Shown here: one piece after another, positions 13,976 through 29,683 of the stretch | Position numbering within the stretch: position 1 is the stretch's first letter | Layout: the number at the start of each line of letters is the position of its first letter | Assembly: GCF_009914755.1 (NCBI RefSeq) | Contig: NC_060933.1 | Source of the DNA: the human T2T-CHM13v2.0 reference genome, Homo sapiens | DNA length: 64,000 nucleotides | Reading direction: 5' to 3' (one strand) | Notes under the pieces: generated by a model | What the model saw: only the letters and a program-made list of their open reading frames with translations | What the model was told of the DNA's origin: nothing | The model's database searches: none | Translations under genes and position numbers: made by a program

Positions 13976-16900
13976 AATCAACCCGAGTGCAATGGAATGG
14001 AGAGGAATGGAATGGAATGGAATGGAAACTACCCGAATGGAATGGAATGTAATTGAGTGTAAGGGAATTGAATAGAATCAATCCGAAAGTAATGGAATGG
14101 AACGGAACGGAATGGAATGCAATGGAATGGAATCAACCCGAGTGCAATCGAATGGAATCGAATGGAATGGAATGCAATGGAATGGATTCAACTTGAATGG
14201 AATGGAAAGAATGGAATCAACAGGAGTGGAATGGCATGGAATGGAATGGAATGGAATAAAATCAAACCGATAACAGGGGAATGGAATGGAATGGAATGCC
14301 ATGGAATGGAATCATCCGTAATGTAATGGAAAGGAATGGAATGGAATGGAATGGAATGGAATGGAATGGAATGGAATGGAATGGAATCAACTCGATTGCA
14401 ATCGAATGGAATGGAATGGAATTAACCCGAATAGAATGGAATGGAATGCAACGGAACGGAACGGAACGGAATGGAATGGAATGGAATGGAACGGAACGGA
14501 ACGGAATGGAATGGAATGCAATGGAATGGAATCAACGCGAGTGCAGGGGAATGGAATGGAATGGATTGCAATGGAATGGAATCAACCGGAATGGAATGGA
14601 ATGGAATGGAATGGAATGGAATGGAATGGAATGGAATTAACCCGAATACAATGGATTGGAATGGAATGGAATGCAATGGAATGGAATCATCCGTAATGGA
14701 ATGGAAAGGAATGGAATGGAATGGAACGGAATGGAATAGAATGGAATGGAATGGAATCAACTCGATTGCATTCGAATGGAATGGAATGGAATTAACCCGA
14801 ATAGAATGGAATGGAATGGAATGGAACGGAACGGAACGGAACGGAACGGAATGGAATGGAATGGAATGGAATGGAATGGAATGGAACGGAAAGGAATGGA
14901 ATGGAACGGAATGGAATGGAATGGAATGGAACGGAACGGAATGGAATGGAATGGAATGGAATTGAATGGAATGGAATGGAATCAACCCAACTGCAGGGGA
15001 ATGGAATGGAATGCAATGCAATGGAATGGAATCATGCGGAACGGAATGCAATGGAATGGAATGGAATTGAATGGAATGGAATGGAATCAACCCAACTGCA
15101 GGGGAATGGAATGGAATGCAATGCAATGGAATGGAATCATGCGGAAGGGAATGCAATGGAATGGAATGGAATCAACACGAGTGCAATGGAATGGATTGGA
15201 ATGGAATGGAATGGAATGGAATGGAACTACCCGAATGGAATGGAATGTAATGGAGAGTAAGGGAGTTGAATAGAATCAATCCAAATGTAATGGAAAGGAA
15301 TGGAAAGGAATGGAATGGAATGGAATGGAATGCAATGGAATGGAATCAAACCGAGTACAATGGATTGGAATGGAATGGAATGGAATGGAATGGAATGGAA
15401 TCAACACGAGTGCAATGGAATGGAATGGAATGGAACAACGCGAATGGAATGGAATGTAATGGAGAGTAAGGGAGTTGAATAGAAACAATCCGAATGTAAT
15501 GGAATGGAACGGAATGGAATGGAATGGAATGGAATGGAATGGAATGGAATTAACCCGAGTACAGGGTAATGGAATGGAATGGAATGCAATGGAATGGAAT
15601 CATCCGTAATGGAATGGAAATGAATGGAATGGAATGGAATGGAATGGAATGGAATGGAATGGAATCAACTCGATTGCAATGGAATGGAATGGAATGGAAT
15701 TAACCCGAATAGAATGGAATGGAATGGAATGGAACGGAACGGAACGGAATGCAATGGAATGGAATGGAATGGAACGGAAAGGAATGGAATGGAATGGAAT
15801 GGAATGGAATGGAATGGAATGGAATCAACGCGAGTGCAGGGGAATGGAATGGAATCGAATGGAATGGAATGGAATGGAATGGAATCAACCCGAGTGCAGG
15901 GGAATGTAATGGAACGGAATGCAATGGAATGGAATCATCCGTAATGGAATGGAATGGAATGGAATGGAATGGAATCAACCGAGTGCAATGGAATGGAGTG
16001 GAATGTAATAGAATGGAATGGAACAACCCGAATGGAATGGAATGTAATGGAGAGTAAGGGAGTTGAAAAGAATCAATCCGAAAGTAATGGAATGGAATGG
16101 AATGGAATGGAATGGAATGGAATGGAATGGAATGGAATGGAATCAACCCGAGTGCAATGGAATGGAGAGGAATGGAATGGAATGGAATGGAAACTACCCG
16201 AATGGAATGGAATGTAATAGAGTGTAAGGGAATTGAATAGAATCAATCCGAATGTAATGGAATGGAATGGAACGGAATGGAATGGAATGGAATGTAATGG
16301 AATGGAATGGAATGCAATGGAATGGAATAAACCCGAGTGCAATGGAATGGAATCGAATGGAATGGAATGCAATGGAATGGATTCAACTTGAATGGAATGG
16401 AAAGAATGGAATCAACACGAGTGGAATCGCATGGAATGGAATGGAATTGAATGGAATCAACCCGAGTACAGGGGAATGGAATGGAATGGAATGGAATGGA
16501 ATGGAATCATCCGTAATGGAATGGAAAGGAATGGAATGGAATGGAATGGAATGGAATGGAATGGAATGGAATCAACTCGGTTCCAATCGAATGGAATGGA
16601 ATGGAAATAACCCAAATAGAATGGAATGGAATGGAGTGGAACGGAACGGAACGAAACGGAACGGAATGGAATGGAATGGAATGGAATGGAATGGAATGGA
16701 ACGGAAAGGAATGGAATGGAATAGAATGGAATGTAATGGAATGGAATGGAATGCAATGGAATGGAATGGAATGGAATGGAATGAAATGCAATGGATTCAA
16801 CTCGATTGAAATGGAATGGAATAAAATGGAATGGAATGGAATGGAATGGAATGGAATTAACCCGAATAGAATGGAATGGAATGGAATGGAATGTAACGGA

Positions 16901-18249
16901 ATGGAACGGAATGGAATGGAATGGAATGGAATGGAATGGTATGGAATGGAATGGAATGGTACGGAATAGAATGGAATGGAAGGAATTGTAATGGAATGGA
17001 ATGGAATGGAATGGAATGGAATGGAACGGAACGGAATGGAATGGAATGGAATGGATTGGAACTGAAAAGAATAAAAGCGAGTGCAGGGGAATGGAATGGA
17101 ATGGAATGCAATGGAATGGAATCTTCCGGAATGGAATGGAATGGAATGGAATGGAATGGAATGGAATGCAATGGATTCAACTCGATTGCAATGGAATGGA
17201 ATAGAATGGAATGGAATGGAATGGAATGGAATGGAATTAACCCGAATAGAATGGAATGGAATGGAATGGAAAGGAACGGAACGGAACGGAACGGAATGGA
17301 ATGGAATGGAATGGAATGGAATGGAATGGAATGGAATGGAATTGTATGGAATGGAATGGAATGGTACGGAATAGAATGGAATGGAAAGAATTGGAATGGA
17401 ATGGAAACGAATGGAATGGAATGGAATGGAATGGAATCAACACGAGTGTAGGGGAATGTAATGGAACGGAATGCAATGGAATGGAATCATCCGGAATGGA
17501 ATGGAATGGATTGGAATGGATGGAATGGAATGGAATGGAATGGAATGGAATCAACCCGAGTGCAATGGAATGGAGTGGAATGGAATGGAATGGAATGGAA
17601 CAACCCGAATGGAATGGAATGTAATGGAGAGTAAGGGAGTTGAATAGAAACAATCCGAATGTAATGGAATGGAACGGAATGGAATGGAATGGAATGGAAT
17701 GGAATGGAATGCAATGGAATGGAATGCAACGGAATGGAATCAACCCGAGTTCAATCGAATGGAATCGAATGGAATGGAATGCAATGGAATGGATTCAACT
17801 TGAATGGAATGGAAAGAATGGAATCAACACGAGTGGAATGGCATGGATTGGAATGGAATGGAATGGAATCAACCCAAGTACAGGGGAATGGAATGGAATG
17901 GAATGCAATGGAATGGAATAATCCGTAATGGAATGGAAAGGAATGATATGGAATGGAATGGAATGGAATGGAATCAACTCGATTGCAATCGAATGGAATG
18001 GAATGGAATTAACCCGAATAGAATGGAATGGAATGGAATGGAACGGAACGGAATGGAATGGAATGGAATGGAATGGAACGGAACGGATAGTAATGGAATG
18101 GAATGGAATGGAATGGAATGGAATGGAATGGAATCAACACGAGTGCACGGGAATGGAATGGAGTGGAATGGAATGGAATGCAGTGGAATGGAATGGAATG
18201 GAATGGAACAACCCGAATGGAATGGAATGTAATGGAGAGTAAGAGAGTT

Positions 18250-20780
18250 GAATAGAATCAATCCGAATGTAATGGAATGGAATGGAAAGGAATGGAATAG
18301 AATGGAATGGAATGGAATGCAATGGAATGGAATCAACCCGAGTGCAATGGAATGGAGAGGAATGGAATGGAATGGAATGGAAACTACCCGAATGGAATGG
18401 AATGTAATGGAGTGTAAGGGAATTGAATAGAATCAATCCGAATGTAATGGAATGGAATGGAACGGAATGGAATGGAATGGAATGGAATGGAATGGAATGC
18501 AATGGAATGGAATCAACCCGAGTGCAATCGAATGGAATCGAATGGAATGGAATGCAATGGAATGGATTAAACTTGAATGGAATGGAAAGAATGGAATCAA
18601 CACGAGTGGAATGGCATGGATTGGAATGGAATGGAATGGAATCAACCTGAGTACAGGGGAATGGAATGGAATGGAATGCAATGGAATGGAATCATCCGAA
18701 ATGGAATGGAAAGGAATGGAATGGAATGGAATGGAATGGAATGGAATGGAATGGAATGGAATCAACTCGATTGCAATCGAATGGAATGGAATGGAATTAA
18801 CCCGAATAGAATGGAATGGAATGGAATGGAACGGAACGGAATGGAATGGAATGGAATGGAATGGAATGGAACGGAACGGAATGGAATGGAATGGAATGGA
18901 ATGGAATCAACGCGAGTGCAGGGGAATGCAATGGAATGGAATGCAATGGAATGGAAACTTCTGGAATGGAATGGAATGGAATGGAATGGAATGAAATGCA
19001 ATGGATTCAACTCGATTGCAATGGAATGGAATAGAATGGAATGGAATGGAATGGAATGGAATTATTCCGAATAGAATGGAATGGAATGGAATGGAACGGA
19101 ATGGAACGGAATGGAATGGAATGGAATGGAATGGAATGGAATGGAATGGAATGGAATGGAATAAACCCGAGTGCAATGGAATGGAGTGGAATGGAATGGA
19201 ATGGAATGGAACAACCCGAATGGAATGGAATGTAATGGAGAGTAAGGGAGTTGAATAGAATCAATCCGAATGTAATGGAATGGAATGGAACGGAATGAAA
19301 TGGAATGGAATGGAATGGAATGGAATGGAATGGAATGGAATGGAATGGAATGCAATGGAATGGATTCAACTTGAATGGAATGGAAAGAATGGAATCAACA
19401 CGAGTGGAATAACATGGATTCGAATGGAATGGAATGGAATCAACCCGAGTACAGGGGAATGGAATGGAATGGAATGGAATGCAATGGAATGGAATCATCC
19501 GTAATGGAATGGAAAGGAAAGGAATGGAATGGAATGGAATGGAATGGAATGGAATCAACTCGATTGCAATCGAATGGAATGGAATGGAATTAACCCGAAT
19601 AGAATGGAATGGAATGGAATGGAATGGAATGGAACGGAACGGAATGGAATGGAATGGAATGGAATGGAATGGAACGGAAAGGAAGGGAATGGAATGGAAT
19701 AGAATGCAATGGAATGGAATCAACGCGAGTGCAGGGGAATGGAATGGAATGGAATGCAATGGAATGGAATCTTCCGGAATGGAATGGAATGGAATGGAAT
19801 GGAATGGAATGGAATGGAATGGAATCAACCCGAGTGCAATGAAATGGAGTGGAATGGAACTGAATGGAATGGAACAACCCGAATGGAATGGAATGTAATG
19901 GAGAGTAAGGGAGTTGAATAGAATCAATCCGAATGTAATGGAATGGAATGGAACGGAATGGAATTTAATGGAATGGAATGGAATGCAATGGAATGGAATC
20001 AACCCGAGTGCAATGGAATGGAGAGGAATGGAATGGAATGGAATGGAAACTACCCGAATGGAATGGAATGTAATGGAGTGTAAGGGAATTGAATAGAATC
20101 AATCCGAATGTAATGGAATGGAATGGAACGGAATGGAATGGAATGGAATGGAATGGAATGGAATGGAATGCAATGGAATGGAATCAACCCGACTGCAATC
20201 GAATGGAATCGAATGGAATGGAATGCAATGGAATGGATTAAACTTGAATGGAATGGAAAGAATGGAATCAACACGAGTGGAATGGCATGGATTGGAATGG
20301 AATGGAATGGAATCAACCTGAGTACAGGGGAATGGAATGGAATGGAATGCAATGGAATGGAATCATCCGAAATGGAATGGAAAGGAATGGAATGGAATGG
20401 AATGGAATGGAATGGAATGGAATGGAATGGAATGGAATCAAATCGATTGCAATCGAATGGAATGGAATGGAATTAACCCGAATAGAATGGAATGGAATGG
20501 AATGGAACGGAACGGAATGGAATTGAATGGAATGGAATGGAATGGAACGGAACGGAATGGAATGGAATGGAATGGAATGGAATGGAATCAACGCGAGTGC
20601 AGGGGAATGCAATGGAAAGGAATGCAATGGAATGGAAACTTCTGGAATGGAATGGAATGGAATGGAATGGAATGAAATGCAATGGATTCAACTCGATTGC
20701 AATGGAATGGAATAGAATGGAATGGAATGGAATGGAATGGAATTATTCCGAATAGAATGGAATGGAATGGAATGGAACGG
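18250..20780 (+). repeat. Direct duplication, ~18250-19100 vs ~19915-20780 (offset ~1.67 kb)
   Basis: Seen: shared rare variants GGATTAAACTTGAA (~18565/20235), GGAAACTTCTGG (18953/20634) and ATTATTCCGAAT (~19061/20742). Confidence 0.75.
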
Positions 20781-23700
20781 AATGGAACGGAATGGAATGG
20801 AATGGAATGGAATGGAATGGTATGGAATGGAATGGAATGGAATGGAATGGTACCGATTAGAATGGAATGGAACGAATTGTAATGGAATGGAATTGAATTG
20901 AATGGAATGGAATGGAATGGAATGGAATCAACGCGAGTGCAGGGGAATGTAATGGAACGGAATGCAATGGAATGGAATCATCCGGAATGGAATGGAATGG
21001 AATGGAATGGAATAGAATGGAATGGAATCAACCCGAGTGCAATGGAATGGAGTGGAATGGAATGGAATGGAATGGAATGGAACAACCCGAATGGAATGGA
21101 ATGTAATGGAGAGTAAGGGAGTTGAATAGAATCAATCCGAATGTAATGGAATGGAATGCAACAGAATGGAATGGAATGGAATGGAATGGAATGCAATGGA
21201 ATTGAATCAACCCGAGTACAATGGAATGGAATGGAATGGAATGGAATGGAATGGAATGGAATGGAATGGAATGATGCGGAATAGAATGGAATGGAACGAA
21301 ATGGAATGGAATGGAATGGAATGGAATGGAATGGAATGGAATCGTTCCGAGTGGAATAGGAGGGAATGTATTCGAGTGGAATGGAAAGGAATGGTATCAA
21401 CTAGAGTGGAATGGAATGGAAGGGAATGGAATGGAAACTAATAGAATGGAATCAACCCGAGTGGAATGGAATGGAAAGGACTGGAATGGAATGGAATGGA
21501 ATGGAATCAACTCGATTGTAATGGAATGGAATGGAATGCAATGGAATGGAATGGAATGGAATTAACCTGAATACAATGGAATGGAATGGAATGGAATGGA
21601 ATGGAATGGAATGGAATCAACTCGATTGCAATCGAATGGAATGGAATGGAATTAACCCGAATAGAATGGAATGGAATGGAATGGAACGGAACGGAACGGA
21701 ATGGAATGGATTGGAATGGAATGGAATGGAATGGAATGGAACGGAAAGGAATGGAATGGAATGGAATGGAATGGAATGGAATGGAATCAAAGCGAGTGCA
21801 GGGGAATGGAATGGAATGGAATGCAATGGAATGGAATCTTCCGGAATGGAATGGAATGGAATGGAATGGAATGGAATGGAATGGAATGGAATGGAATAAA
21901 CCCGAGTGCAATGGAATGGAGTGGAATGGAATGGAATGGAATGGAACAACCCGAATGGAATGGAATGTAATGGAGAGTAAGGGAGTTGAATAGAATCAAT
22001 CCGAATGTAATGGAATGGAATGGAACGGAATGGAATTGAATGGAATGGAATGGAATGCAATGGAATGGAATCAACCCGAGTGCAATGGAATGGAGAGGAA
22101 TGGAATGGAATGGAATGGAAACTACCCGAATGGAATGGAATGTAATGGATTGTAAGGGAATTGAATAGAATCAATCCGAATGTAATGCAATGGAATGGAA
22201 CGGAATGGAATGGAATGGAATGGAATGGAATGGAATGGAATGCAATGGAATGGAATCAACCCGAGTGCAATCGAATGGAATCGAATGGAATGGAATGCAA
22301 TGGAATGGATTCAACTTGAATGGAATGGAAAGAATGGAATCAACACGAGTGGAATGGCATGGATTCGAATGGAATGGAATGGAATCAACCCGAGTACAGG
22401 GGAATGGAATGGAATGGAATGGAATGCAATGGAATGGAATCATCCGTAATGGAATGGAAAGGAAAGGAATGGAATGGAATGGAATGGAATGGAATGGAAT
22501 CAACTCGATTGCAATCGAATGGAATGGAATGGAATTAACCCGAATAGAATGGAATGGAATGGAATGGAATGGAACGGAATGGAATGGAATGGAATGGAAT
22601 GGAATGGAACGGAAAGGAAGGGAATGGAATGGAATAGAATGCAATGGAATGGAATCAACTCGAGTGCAGGGGAATGGAATGGAATGGAATGCAATGGAAT
22701 GGAATCTTCCGGAATGGAATGGAATGGAATGGAATGGAATGGAATGGAATGGAATGGAATTGAATGGAATCAACCCGAGTGCAATGAAATGGAGTGGAAT
22801 GGAACTGAATGGAATGGAACAACCCGAATGGAATGGAATGTAATGGAGAGTAAGGGAGTTGAATAGAATCAATCCGAATGTAATGGAATGGAATGGAACG
22901 GAATGGAATTGAATGGAATGGAATGGAATGCAATGGAATGGAATCAACCCGAGTGCAATGGAATGGAGAGGAATGGAATGGAATGGAATGGAAACTACCC
23001 GAATGGAATGGAATGTAATGGAGTGTAAGGGAATTGAATAGAATCAATCCGAATGTAATGGAATGGAATGGAACGGAATGGAATGGAATGGAATGGAATG
23101 GAATGGAATGGAATGCAATGGAATGGAATCAACCCGAGTGCAATCGAATGGAATCGAATGGAATGGAATGCAATGGAATGGATTCAACTTGAATGGAATG
23201 GAAAGAATGGAATCAACACGAGTGGAATGGCATGGATTGGAATGGAATGGAATGGAATCAACCTGAGTACAGGGGAATGGAATGGAATGGAATGCAATGG
23301 AATGCAATCATCCGAAATGGAATGGAAAGGAATGGAATGGAATGGAATGGAATGGAATGGAATGGAATGGAATGGAATCAACTCGATTGCAATCGAATGG
23401 AATGGAATGGAATTAACCCGAATAGAATGGAATGGAATGGAATGGAACGGAACGGAATGGAATTGAATGGAATGCAATGGAATGGAACGGAACGGAATGG
23501 AATGGAATGGAATGGAATGGAATGGAATCAACGCGAGTGCAGGGGAATGGAATGGAATGGAATGCAATGGAATGGAATCTTCTGGAATGGAATGGAATGG
23601 AATGGAATGGAATGGAATGAAATGCAATGCATTCAACTCGATTGCAATGGAATGGAATAGAATGGAATGGAATGGAATGGAATGGAATTAATCCGAATAG

Positions 23701-24380
23701 AATGGAATGGAATGGAATGGAACGGAATGGAATGGAATGGAATGGAATGGAATGGAATGGAATGGTATGGAATGGAATGGAATGGAATGGAATGGAATGG
23801 TACGGATTAGAATGGAATGGAACGAATTGTAATGGAATGGAATTGAATTGAATGGAATGGAATGGAATGGAATGGAATCAACGCGAGTGCAGGGGAATGT
23901 AATGGAACGGAATGCAATGGAATGGAATCATCCGGAATGGAATGGAATGGAATGGAATGGAATAGAATGGAATGGAATCAACCCGAGTGCAATGGAATGG
24001 AGTGGAATGGAATGGAATGGAATGGAATGGAACAACCCGAATGGAATGGAATGTAATGGAGAGTAAGGGAGTTGAATACAATCAATCCGAATGTAATGGA
24101 ATGGAATGCAACAGAATGGAATGGAATGGAATGGAATGGAATGCAATGGAATTGAATCAACCCGAGTACAATGGAATGAAATGGAATGGAATGGAATGGA
24201 ATGGAATGGAACGGAATGGAATGATACGGAATAGAATGGAATGGAACGAAATGGAATGGAATGGAATGGAATGGAATGGAATGGAATGGAATGGAATGGA
24301 ATGGAATCGTTCCGAGTGGAATAGGAGGGAATGTATTCGAGTGGAATGGAAAGGAATGGAATCAACCAGAGTGGAATGGA
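19340..24380 (+). repeat. Direct duplication, ~19340-21410 vs ~22290-24380 (offset ~2.95 kb)
   Basis: Seen: GGAACTGAATGG at 19856/22801, GATTAGAATGG at ~20856/23806, AATTGAATTGAA at ~20891/23841. ORF pairs 19375/22320 and 20912/23862 are near-identical. Confidence 0.8.
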
Positions 24381-25880
24381 AGGGAATGGAATGGAATGGA
24401 ATGGAATGGAATGGAATGCAATGGAATGGAATCAACCCGAGTGCAATCGAATGGAATCAAATGGAATGGAATGCAATGGAATGGATTCAACTTGAATGGA
24501 AAGGAAAGAATGGAATCAACACGAGTGGAATGGCATGGATTGGAATGGAATGGAATGGAATCAACCCGAGTACAGGGGAATGGAATGGAATGGAATGCAA
24601 TGGAATGGAATCATCAGTAATGGAATGGAAAGGAATGGAAAGGACTGGAATGGAATGGAATGGAATGGAATGGAATCAACTCGATTGCAATCGAATGGAA
24701 TGGAATGGAATTAACCCGAATAGAATGGAATGGAATGGAATGGAACGGAACGCAATGGAATGGAATGGAACGGAAAGGAATGGAATGGAATGCATTGGAA
24801 CGGAATGGAATGGAATGGAATCAAGGCGAGTGCAGGGGAATGGAATGGAATCGAATGGAATGGAAAGGAATGGAATGGAATCAACCCGAGTGCAGGTAAA
24901 CGTAATGGAACAGAATGCAACGGAATGGAATCATCCGGAATGGCATGGAATGGAATGGAATGGAATCAACCCGAGTGCAATGGAATGGAGTGGAATGGAA
25001 AGGAATGGAATGGAACAACCCGAATGGAATGGAATGTAATGGAGAGTAAGGGAGTTGAAAAGAATCAATCCGAATGTAATGGAATGGAATGGAACGGAAT
25101 TGAATGGAATGGAATGGAATGGAATGCAATGGAATGGAATCAACCCGAGTACAATGGAATGGAAAGGAATGGAATGTAATGGAATGGAATGGAATGGAAT
25201 GCAATGGAATGGAATCTTCCGGAATTGAATGAAATGGAATGGAATGGAATAGAATGGAATGCAATGGATTCAACTCGATTGCAATGGAATGGAAAAGAAT
25301 GGAATGGAATGGAATGGAATGGAATGGAATGGAATTAAACCGAATAGAATGGAATGGAATGGAATGGAACGGAACAGAACGGAACGGAACGGAACGGAGT
25401 GGAATGGAATGGAATGGAATTGTATGGAATGGAATGGAATGGTACGGAATAGAATGGAATGGAAAGAATTGGAATGGAATGGAATCGAATGGAATGGAAT
25501 GGAATGGAATGGAATCAACCCGAGTGCAGGGGAATGTAATGGAACGGAATGCAATGGAATGGAATCATCCGGAATGGAATGGAATGGAATGGAATGGAAT
25601 GGAATGGAATGGAATGGAATCAACCCGAGTGCAATGGAATGGAGAGGAATGGAATGGAATGGAATGGAAACTACCCGAATGGAATGGAATGTAATGGAGT
25701 GTAAGGGAATTGAATAGAATCAATCCGAATGGAATGGAATGGAATGGAACGGAATGTAATGGAATGGAATGGAATGGAATCAACCCGAGTGCAGGGGAAT
25801 GGAATGGAATGGAATGCAATGGAATGGAATCATCTGGAATGGAATGGAATGGAATGCAATGGAATGGAATGGAATGGAAT

Positions 25881-26270
25881 CAACCCGAGTGCAATGGAAT
25901 GGAGTGAAATGGAATGGAATGGAATGGAGACAACCAGAATGGATTGGAATATAATGGAGTGTAAGGGAATTGAATAGAATCAATCTGAATGTAATGAAAT
26001 GGAATGGAACGGAACGGAACGGAATGGAATGGAATGGAATGGAATGGAATGGAATGGAATGGAATGCAATGGAATGGAATCAACCCGAGTGCAATGGAAT
26101 GGAGTGAAATTGAATGGAATGGAATGGAGACAACCAGAATGGATTGGAATATAATGGAGTGTAAGGGAATTGAATAGAATCAATCTGAATGTAATGAAAT
26201 GGAATGGAACGGAATGGAATGGAATGGAATGGAATGGAATGCCATGGAATGGAATCAACCCGAGTGCAAT
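25881..26270 (+). repeat. Tandem duplication, 200-bp offset
   Basis: Seen: CAACCCGAGTGCAATGGAATGGAGTGAAAT...GGAGACAACCAGAAT...CAATCTGAATGTAATGAAAT starts at both 25881 and 26081. Confidence 0.85.
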
Positions 26271-28413
26271 AGAATGGAATCGAATGGAATGGAATGTAAT
26301 GGAATGGATTCAACTTGAATGGAATGGAAAGAATGGAATCAACACGAGTGGAATGGCATGGATTTGAATGGAATGGAATGGAATCAACCCGAGTATAGGG
26401 GAATGGAATGGAATGGAATGCAATGGAATGGAAACATCCGTAATGGAATGGAATGGAATGGAATGGAATGGAATGGAATGGAATGGAATGGAATGCAATG
26501 GAATGGAATCAACCCGAGTGCAATGGAATGGAGAGGAATGGAATGGAATGGAATGGAAACTACCCGAATGGAATGGAATGTAATGGAGTGTAAAGGAATT
26601 GAATAGAACCAATCCGAATGTAATGGAATGGAATGGAACGGAATGGAATGGAATGCAATGGAATGGAATGGAATGGATTGCAATGGAATTTAATCAACCC
26701 GAGTGCAATCGAATGGAATCGAATGGAATGGAATGCAATGGAATGGATTCAACTTGAATGGAATGGAAAGAATGGAATCAACATGAGTGGAATGGCATGG
26801 ATTGGAATAGGAATGGAATGGAATCAACCCGAGTACAGGGGAATGGAATTGAATGGAATGCAATGGAATGGAATCATCCGTAATGGAATGGAAAGGAATG
26901 GAATGGAATGGAATGGAATGGAATGGAATGTTAGGGAATGGAATCAACTCGATTGCAATCGAATGGAATGGAATGGAATTAACCCGAATAGAATGGAATG
27001 GAATGGAATGGAACGGAACGGAATGGAATGGAATGGAATGGAATGGAATGGAACGGAACGGAATGGAATGGAATGGAATGGAATGGAATGGAATGGAATG
27101 GAATCAACGCGAGTGCAGGGGAATGGAATGGAATGGAATGCAATGGAATGGAATCTTCCGGATTGGAATGGAGTGGAATGGAATGGAATGGAATGAAATG
27201 CAATGGATTCAACTCGATTGCAATGGAATGGAATAGAATGGAATTGAATGGAATGGAATGGAATTAATTCGAATAGAATGGAATGGAATGGAATGGAACG
27301 GAATGGAACGGAATGGAATGGAATGGAATGGAATGGTATGGAATGGAATGGAATGGTACGGAATAGAATGGAATGGAACGAATTGTAATGGAATGGAATT
27401 GAATGGAATGGAATGGAATAAACGCGAGTGCAGGGGAATGTAATGGAACGGAATGCAATGGAATGGAATCATCCGGAATGGAATGGAATGGAATGGAATG
27501 GAATGGAATGGAATGGAATGGAATGGAATCAACCCGAGTGCAATGGAATGGAGTGGAATGGAATGGAATGGAATGGAACAACCCGAATGGAATGGAATGT
27601 AATGGAGAGTAAGGGAGTTGAATAGAATCAATCCGAATGTAATGGAATGGAATGCAACGGAATGGAATGGAATAGAATGGAATGGAATGCAATGGAATTG
27701 AATCAACCCGAGTACAATGGAATGGAATGGAATGGAATAGAATGGAATGGAATGGAATGGAATGATACGGAATAGAATGGAATGGAACGAAATGGAATGG
27801 AATGGAATGGAATGGAATGGAATGGAATGGTTCCGAGTGGAATAGGAGGGAATGTATTCGAGTGGAATGGAAAGGAATGGAATCAACCAGAGTGGAATGG
27901 AAGGGAATGGAATGGAATGGAAACTAATAGAATGGAATCAACCCGAGTGGAATGGAATGGAAAGGACTGGAATGGAATGGAATGGAATGGAATCAACTCG
28001 ATTGTAATGGAATGGAATGGAATGGAATGGAATGGAATGGAATTAACCCGAATACAATGGAATGGAATGGAATGGAACGGAATGGAGTGGAATGGAATGG
28101 AATCAACCCGAGTGCAGGGGAATGGAATGGAATGGAATGCAATGGAATGCAATCATCCGGAATGGAATGGAATGGAGTGGAATGCAAAGCAATGGAATCA
28201 ACTCGATTGCAATGGAATGGAATGGAATGGAAAGGAATACATTGGAATCAACCCGAGTGGAATGGAATGGAATGGACTGGAATGGAGTGGAATGGAATGG
28301 AATGGACTGGAATGGAATGGAATGGAATCAACTCGATTGGAATGGAATGGAATGGAATGGAATGGAATGGAATGGAATGGAATTAACCCGAATAGAATGG
28401 AATGGAATGGAAT

Positions 28414-28443
28414 GGAACGGAACGGAACGGAACGGAACGGAAC
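28414..28443 (+). repeat. (GGAAC)6 variant pentamer run
   Basis: Seen: six tandem GGAAC just downstream of a TAACCCGAATAG module. Similar (GGAAC)5 runs lie at 5220-5244 and 14823-14847. Confidence 0.85.
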
Positions 28444-29683
28444 GGAATGGAATGGAATGGAATGGAATGGAATGGAACGGAACGGAACGGAATGGAATGG
28501 AAAGGAATGGAATGGAAAGGAATCAACGTGAGTGCAGGGGAATGGAATGGAATGGAATGAAATGGAATGGAATCTTCCGGAATGGAATGGAATGGAATGG
28601 ATTAGAATGGAATGGAATGGAATGGAATGGAATCAACCCGAGTACAGGGGAATGGAATGGAATGTAATGCAATGGAATGGAATCATCCGTAATGGAATGT
28701 AAAGGAATGGAATGGAATGGAATGGAATGGAATGGAATGGAATGCAATGGATTCAACTCGATTGCAATGAAATGGAATAGAATGGAATGGAATGGAATGG
28801 AATGGAATGGAATGGAATTAACCCGAATAGAATGGAATGGAATGGTATGGAACGGAACGGAACGGAACGGAACCGAATGGAATGGAATGGAATGGAATGG
28901 AATGGAATGGAATGGAATTGTATGGAATGGAATGGAATGGTATAGAATAGAATGGAATGGAAAGAATTGGAATGGAATGGAATCGAATGGAATGGAATCG
29001 AATGGAATGGAATGGAATGGAATGGAACCAACCCGAGTGCCATGGAATGGATTGGAATGGAATGGAATGGAATGGAACAACCCGAATGGAATGGAATGTA
29101 ATGGAGAGTAAGGGAGTTGAATAGAATCAATCCGAATGTAATGGAATGGAATGGAACGGAATGGAATGGAATGGACTGCAATGGAATGGAATCAACCCGA
29201 GTACAATGGAATGGAATGGAATGGAATGGAATGGAATGGAATGGAATGGAATGGAATGGAATGGAATCAACCCGAGTGCAATGGAATAGAGAGGAAAGGA
29301 ATGGAATGGAATGGAAACTACCCGAATGGAATGGAATGTAATGAAGTGTAAGGGAATTGAATAGAATCAATCCGAATGGAATGGAATGTAATGGAACGGA
29401 AAGTAATGTAATGGACTGGAATGGAATCAACCCGAGTGCAGGGGAATGGAATGGAATGGAATGCAATGGAATGGAATCATCCGGAATGGAATGGAATGGA
29501 ATGGAATGGAATCAACCCGAGTGCAAAGGAATGGAGTGAAATGGAATGGAATGGAATGGAAACAACCAGAATGGATTGGAATATAATGGAGTGTAAGGGA
29601 ATTGAATAGAATCAATCTGAATGTAATGAAATGGAATGGAACGGAAAGGAATGGAATGGAATGGAATGGAATGGAATGGAATG

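Noticed and set aside
21199-21210. GAATTGAATCA as a DUX4 site
   Set aside because: It lacks the TAA start of the TAAYYYAATCA-type consensus, so support is too weak.
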